This document shows, piece after piece, positions 15,630-20,540 of a DNA stretch of 20,540 nucleotides. A program made the position numbers and the translations under genes. Position 1 is the stretch's first letter. Each line of letters begins with the position of its first letter. Below the pieces are notes generated by a model, which had not been told where the DNA came from, ran no database searches, and saw only the letters and a list, made by a program, of their open reading frames with translations. Source of the stretch: Candidatus Hydrogenedentota bacterium (GTDB lineage: Bacteria > Hydrogenedentota > Hydrogenedentia > Hydrogenedentales > JAEUWI01); the NCBI GenBank assembly GCA_034669905.1, contig JAXMOL010000078.1:1-20540 (forward strand), in the 5' to 3' direction.

Positions 15630-17651
15630 GTGAAGTTCCTATTGCACCACCTCTGTTTACTGGCCCTTCTTTGTGGCCCTATCCCTGCCTTCGCGGCAGA
15701 CGCCCATACCTACGACGTGGTCGTCTACGGTGGCACAGCCGGTGGGGCCATTGCCGCCATCGCGGCGGCGGAAGAAGGCCAACGGGTCGCGCTCATCGAG
15801 GTGCGCAATCATATTGGCGGCATGACCTCGGGCGGTTTGGGCCGCACCGATTTCGGCGATATGTCGGTCATCGGAGGCCGTTCCCTGGAGTTTTATAAAC
15901 GCCTGGGCAAACACTACGGCGAAGATGTCTCCTGGTACTTTGAACCCCACCAGGCGGAAAAGCATCTCCGCGAATGGCTGGCGGAAGCCAACGTGGACCT
16001 CTTTTTCGGAAGCCGCCTGAAATCGCTGACGAAAGAGGGCACCCGGATTACGTCCATCACCCTTCTCAACGAGTCGACGTTCACGGCGCCCATGTTTATC
16101 GACTGCTCTTATGAGGGTGACCTCCTCCCCCATGCCAAGATCACCTACACCTGGGGACGGGAAGGACAGGACGTCTATGGCGAATCGCTGGCCGGTAAGA
16201 TTGATTATAGCGACAAGCACCAGTTTGACGTGCCCGTAAACCCCTATGACGAAAAGGGTAAACTCCTGCCCCTCATCATGGCCGATGACGGACTGAAACC
16301 CGGCGCAGGCGACCGGAAAATCCAGGCCTATAATTTCCGCATGTGCCTTTCGAGTGATAAGGACAATCAGATCCCCTTTCCCAAGCCGAAAAATTACGAC
16401 CCCAAGCGCTGGGAAATACTCCGCCGCTATTTGCAGCAGCGTCCCGACCTGACGATCAACGAAATCTTAATCGTATCCCTCATGCCCAACAACAAGACGG
16501 ACATCAACAACCGGGGCCCCATCTCGACGGATTTCATCGGCGGCAGCTGGGACTATCCCGAGGCGAGCTACGAAGAGCAGGAGCGCATCTGGCAGGAACA
16601 CATCGATTACACCCAGGGCTTTTTCTATTTTCTGGCCAACGATCCGGGCGTACCTGATACGCTCCAGCAGGAAATCAACGGATGGGGCCTGGCGAAAGAT
16701 GAATTCGTGGACACGGAACACTGGCCCAACCAGCTCTATGTGCGCGAAGCCCGGCGTATGATCGGCAGCTATGTCACCATCCAGAAAGACCTTCAGGACG
16801 ATCGCCGCAAGGAAGACAGCATCGGCATGGCCTCCTACAATTCGGACTCCCACCACGTGCAGCGCTTTGTGGTAGACGAATCACCCCTCTGGGAGAAAGG
16901 CACGCCTTCTCTCCTCAATGAAGGCGACATGCAGGTCCCGGTAAAGGCCTATGACATGTCCTACTTCTCCTTTGTGCCCAAGACGGAAGAATGCACCAAC
17001 CTCCTGGTGGGCAGCACCTTCTCGGCATCCCACGTGGCCTATTCGAGCATGCGCATGGAGCCCCAGTACATGATCATCGGGGAAGCCATCGGCACGGCGG
17101 CGGCCATGGCGATTGCGGGCGAGACCTCGGTGCAGGCCATCGATGTGAAGGTTCTGCAACGTAAGCTCTACGAACGGGGCGCCATTCTCCACCGGGAAGA
17201 CACGAAACCGCCCTTCGCCTGGGCCCGTGATTTGCCGGGCATCGCCCTGGATAACGACAATGTGACCGTGGTCGGCGACTGGCATAGTTCCCGTAATGTG
17301 GGACCCTACGTGGGGTATGAATACCTCCACGTGAGCGACGAAGACGCAAAAGACTGTCGGGTTCGTTATACGCCCACCCTCCCCAAGGCCGGGTGGTATG
17401 AAGTGCGTATCTCCTACTCTTCCCACCCCAACCGGGCCAAGCGGGCGCGGATCGTCATTCAGACGGCGACGGGCACCGAAACGGTCTTTGTGGATCAGAG
17501 TAAAAAGCAGGGGGAATTCAGTCCCTTTGTCTCCCTCGGCACCTTCGCCTTGAAAGAAGGCACGGACAGCTATGTAGAAATTCAGGCGACCGAAGACGCG
17601 GGTGGCTATGTGGTCGCCGATGCGGTGCAGTGGTTGCCGGTGGAGCAGTGA
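15630..17651 (+). CDS. Secreted FAD-dependent oxidoreductase (FAD_oxidored-like family) with C-terminal xanthan-lyase/golvesin-like beta-sandwich, paralog 1 (673 aa)
   Basis: Signal peptide. YDVVVYGGTAGGAIAAIAAA, IGGMTSGGLG, FIDCSYEGDL, QAYNFRMCL, QLYVREARRM, SASHVAYSSMRMEPQYM. C-terminal PTLPKAGWYEVRISY...GYVVADAVQW. GTG start with AGGAG RBS. Confidence 0.9.
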   Translation: MKFLLHHLCLLALLCGPIPAFAADAHTYDVVVYGGTAGGAIAAIAAAEEGQRVALIEVRNHIGGMTSGGLGRTDFGDMSVIGGRSLEFYKRLGKHYGEDVSWYFEPHQAEKHLREWLAEANVDLFFGSRLKSLTKEGTRITSITLLNESTFTAPMFIDCSYEGDLLPHAKITYTWGREGQDVYGESLAGKIDYSDKHQFDVPVNPYDEKGKLLPLIMADDGLKPGAGDRKIQAYNFRMCLSSDKDNQIPFPKPKNYDPKRWEILRRYLQQRPDLTINEILIVSLMPNNKTDINNRGPISTDFIGGSWDYPEASYEEQERIWQEHIDYTQGFFYFLANDPGVPDTLQQEINGWGLAKDEFVDTEHWPNQLYVREARRMIGSYVTIQKDLQDDRRKEDSIGMASYNSDSHHVQRFVVDESPLWEKGTPSLLNEGDMQVPVKAYDMSYFSFVPKTEECTNLLVGSTFSASHVAYSSMRMEPQYMIIGEAIGTAAAMAIAGETSVQAIDVKVLQRKLYERGAILHREDTKPPFAWARDLPGIALDNDNVTVVGDWHSSRNVGPYVGYEYLHVSDEDAKDCRVRYTPTLPKAGWYEVRISYSSHPNRAKRARIVIQTATGTETVFVDQSKKQGEFSPFVSLGTFALKEGTDSYVEIQATEDAGGYVVADAVQWLPVEQ

Positions 17652-17663
17652 TGTGACCCCAGG

Positions 17664-17702
17664 GGGCCGGTGGGCAAAAGTGCACACCGGCCCTGTTTTT
17701 TT
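17664..17702 (+). terminator. Rho-independent terminator after oxidoreductase 1
   Basis: GGGCCGGTG-g-GCA-aaag-TGC-a-CACCGGCCC stem followed by TGTTTTTTT, 12 nt after the stop codon. Confidence 0.85.
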
Positions 17703-18012
17703 CGAGCAAACGACGTCGAACGCGCTTCGTGCCATGTCGTAGACGCGCCGTAGGAGGGCGATGCCGTGTAAAACGAGGTTTCGTGTGCGTGGAGGAAAGG
17801 AGAACTACTTTCCGGAGAGACTCCTTCCATGAGGGCGACTAATTCCACGAAGCTGGAAGGACGCCCGAATTGAATCTTCCGGCATGCCCCCGTCACCCGG
17901 GCACCTGGCGCACGAACCCTCGTACCTCGGGATAGCGTGGCACGTACAACATCATACCCCTTTCCCATCATAAGCAGCGCGGCCACGTGCCGTCACAAGG
18001 ATTTCTGAACCC

Positions 18013-20037
18013 ATGAAAAAACTATCCTTCTTGATTGTTACCCTTCTCACCGCACTGGGACTGGTTACGCCGACCTATGCCCAGGAGACACCCCGCGCGT
18101 ACGACGTGGTGGTCTATGGTGCCACGGCGGGTGGCGCGGTAGCCGCCATCGCCGCGGCCAACGAAGGGCTGAACGTGGCCCTCATCGAACCCCGACAGCA
18201 CGTAGGCGGCATGACCTCGGGCGGCCTGGGGGCCACCGACTTTGGCCGCAAGTACGTCATTGGGGGCCTGTCACTGGAATTCTATAAGCGGCTCACGAAA
18301 TATTACGGCGGGGACGTGGCCTGGCATTTCGAACCCCACAAGGCCGAAAAGGAGCTCCGCGACTGGCTGAAGGAAGCCGGCGTGGATCTTTACTTCGGCA
18401 GTCGCCTTGGCTCGGTACACAAAGAAGGCACAACTATTCTGTCCATTACCCTGCTGAATGACATGACCTTCACAGCCCCCATCTTCATCGACTGCTCCTA
18501 CGAAGGCGATATCCTGCCCCTGGCCGACATCTCCTATACCTGGGGCCGGGAAGGACGGGACGCCTATGGGGAAAGCCTCGCGGGCTACATGGAGTACAGC
18601 CCCAAACACCAGTTTTCGGTTCCGGTAAACCCCTACGATGAGGAGGGCAACCTCTTGCCTCTCGTGCAGGAACGGGAACCCACCCTGCCGGGCGAGGCCG
18701 ATCGTAAGGTGCAGGCCTATAACTTCCGTCTGTGCATGACCCAGGACAAGAACAACCAGGTGCCCTGGCCCAAGCCGGAGAACTATGATCCGGCGGACTG
18801 GGAACTACTCCGTCGCTATGTGGCCGCCAAGCCTGACCTGACTTTTGAGCAGCTCTGTCACCCCTTCCGCCTTCCCAAGGGCAAGACCGACACGAACAAC
18901 AACGGCGCCATCTCCACGGATTTTATTGGCGGCAGCTGGGACTATCCGGATAGCACCTATGCCGAGCAGGAACGCATCTGGCAGGCGCATGAAGATTATG
19001 TAAAAGGATTTTTCTACACCCTGGCCAACGACCCGGCCCTGCCCGAAGCCCTTCGTGAAGAAGCCCAGAGCTGGGGGCTGGCGAAAGATGAATTTGTCGA
19101 CACGGGCCACTGGCCCCACCAGTTGTACGTGCGGGAAGCCCGGCGCATGATCGGCAGCTACGTCACGATACAGAAGGACCTTCAGACAGACCGACACAAA
19201 GAAGACAGCATCGGCATGGGGTCCTACAACTCCGACTCCCACAACGTGCAGCGCTTCGCCGTGACGGAGTCTCCCCTCTGGGACGCCGGCACGCCTTCGG
19301 TCATCAATGAGGGCGACATGCAGGTGGGCGTTCAGCCCTATGACATGTCCTACCGCTCCTTCATCCCCCAGGCCTCGGAATGCACCAACCTCTTTGTGGG
19401 CAGCACTTTTTCGGCATCCCACGTGGCCTATTCGAGCATGCGGATGGAGCCCCAGTACATGATTATCGGCCACGCCGCCGGGGTGGCCGCCGCGTTGGCC
19501 ATCGAAAACAAGCAGGCCGTTCAAGAAGTGGATATCACCGCCCTGCAGACGAAGCTCAAGGAGCAGGGCGCCATCCTCCACATCGAAGACACCATCTCGG
19601 ATTTTATTTCTATCAAGAAACTTCCCGGCTTTGTCATGGACACGGACACGGCGGAAGTGGTGGGCAAGTGGCTCCCTTCGGGCGACATGCAACCCTATGT
19701 GGGCTACAACTACCTCCACGATGGGCAGGCGAAGGACCCGGCCAACTACATCCGCTATCGGATGGCCTTGCCGAAAGCCGGTCGCTATGAAGTGCGGGTC
19801 TCATATTCCGCGCACCACAACCGCGCCACCAACGCCCTCTACGTGGTACACCACGCCGACGGCACCGCCGAACACCGGGTCAACCAGCGTAAGAAACCGG
19901 GTCCCCTGGCGCCCTTTATCTCGCTGGGCGTTTATTCCTTTGAGCGCGGCGATGGCGGCTACATCGACGTCGTCAGTACGAAAGATTCCGGTGGCTATCT
20001 CATTGCCGATACGGTGCAGTTGTTGCCGGTAGAATAA
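18013..20037 (+). CDS. Secreted FAD-dependent oxidoreductase, paralog 2 (674 aa)
   Basis: Collinear with 15630-17651 with the same motifs (YDVVVYGATAGG, FIDCSYEGD, QLYVREARRMIGSYVTIQKDLQ, SASHVAYSSMRMEPQYMIIG, YLIADTVQLLPVE). Signal peptide MKKLSFLIVTLLTALGLVTPTYA. AAGGA upstream. Confidence 0.9.
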   Translation: MKKLSFLIVTLLTALGLVTPTYAQETPRAYDVVVYGATAGGAVAAIAAANEGLNVALIEPRQHVGGMTSGGLGATDFGRKYVIGGLSLEFYKRLTKYYGGDVAWHFEPHKAEKELRDWLKEAGVDLYFGSRLGSVHKEGTTILSITLLNDMTFTAPIFIDCSYEGDILPLADISYTWGREGRDAYGESLAGYMEYSPKHQFSVPVNPYDEEGNLLPLVQEREPTLPGEADRKVQAYNFRLCMTQDKNNQVPWPKPENYDPADWELLRRYVAAKPDLTFEQLCHPFRLPKGKTDTNNNGAISTDFIGGSWDYPDSTYAEQERIWQAHEDYVKGFFYTLANDPALPEALREEAQSWGLAKDEFVDTGHWPHQLYVREARRMIGSYVTIQKDLQTDRHKEDSIGMGSYNSDSHNVQRFAVTESPLWDAGTPSVINEGDMQVGVQPYDMSYRSFIPQASECTNLFVGSTFSASHVAYSSMRMEPQYMIIGHAAGVAAALAIENKQAVQEVDITALQTKLKEQGAILHIEDTISDFISIKKLPGFVMDTDTAEVVGKWLPSGDMQPYVGYNYLHDGQAKDPANYIRYRMALPKAGRYEVRVSYSAHHNRATNALYVVHHADGTAEHRVNQRKKPGPLAPFISLGVYSFERGDGGYIDVVSTKDSGGYLIADTVQLLPVE

Positions 20038-20046
20038 GCAATCGAT

Positions 20047-20079
20047 GGGGCGTGTGGACCCGAGTGGTCCGCACGCCCC
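20047..20079 (+). terminator. GC-rich hairpin after oxidoreductase 2 (terminator-like or 3' stabilising, no U-tract)
   Basis: GGGGCGTGTGGACC-cgagt-GGTCCGCACGCCCC, a 14-bp stem with one G-T pair, 9 nt after the stop. Followed by GCGGCT rather than Ts. Confidence 0.5.
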
Positions 20080-20191
20080 GCGGCTACCGCACCGACGTGA
20101 ATACCTCAGGGAAGCCTCCCCTCGTCGGGACGAAAAACGAACACCCCACCCAACCCCATACCCACCCGGACGTCGGGGCCGTCCCCCTCTT

Positions 20192-20540
20192 CGCCGTCCA
20201 ACCTCCCAAACGACGGGACAGCCACGCCCCCTGACGACGTTGCACCTGCCGCACGACACGCACCGTCCATAGTCATATGTACTACCGCGCCGTGAACCGG
20301 GGCGAGACAGTCCCTGAAAGGCCGTCCACATATCGTAGGGACTGCCCCGCCCCACGTCTATGGGGAACTCAAGCCACTACATAGCCCACCGATAAACGCC
20401 CCCTACCCAAGCAGACGAAGACGGCGGTGGCTGTCCTGTCGTTGGCGAAACAGATGCGCCGTCCACCTCCAAAACGACGGGACAGCCACGCCCGTTAATG
20501 ACGCTGCACCTGCCGCACGACACGCACCATCCATAGTCAC
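20192..20540. repeat. Second cluster of the same ~112-nt element: 20207-20318(-), 20334-20445(+), 20471->20540(-)
   Basis: CGTAGGGACTGCC at 20334-20346 and GTGGCTGTCCTGTCGTTGG at 20427-20445 are identical to 199-211 and 293-311. AACGACGGGACAGCCAC occurs at 20209-20225 and 20473-20489. 20192-20275 recurs at 20457-20539 (period ~264). Confidence 0.9.

Noticed and set aside
17905..17945. TPP riboswitch-like fragment (GAACCCTCGTACCT..GGATA)
   Set aside because: It lacks the upstream CTGAGA motif and the downstream consensus. Only a short chance resemblance.
15630..20037. Calling the two paralogs xanthan lyases
   Set aside because: Only the small C-terminal beta-sandwich resembles that accessory module. 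The main domain has FAD-binding Rossmann motifs, not a polysaccharide lyase catalytic domain.

Overview
GC-rich bacterial window. The long (Gly-Glu)n linkers suggest a Candidatus Hydrogenedentes-like organism (inference from recalled family traits, not verified). It holds seven credible genes. serA lies on the minus strand. On the plus strand follow an 890-aa secreted multi-domain protein, an FHA-GAF-HD-GYP phosphodiesterase with a C-terminal zinc ribbon, a ~2390-aa Ig/NHL surface protein, a CAP-domain surface protein and two tandem paralogous secreted FAD-dependent oxidoreductases. Three things stand out. (1) Two unrelated exported proteins end in the same (GE)n + GC-x17-DL-hydrophobic tail with identical spacing, a candidate C-terminal sorting signal. 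(2) Both window ends carry clusters of one fixed-length (112-113 nt) non-coding element with conserved, imperfectly inverted ends and diverged interiors, arranged in inverted pairs. (3) In the giant protein, three 6-bladed propellers are each inserted at the same point inside an Ig repeat. All domain calls come from motif recognition by eye; no searches were run.
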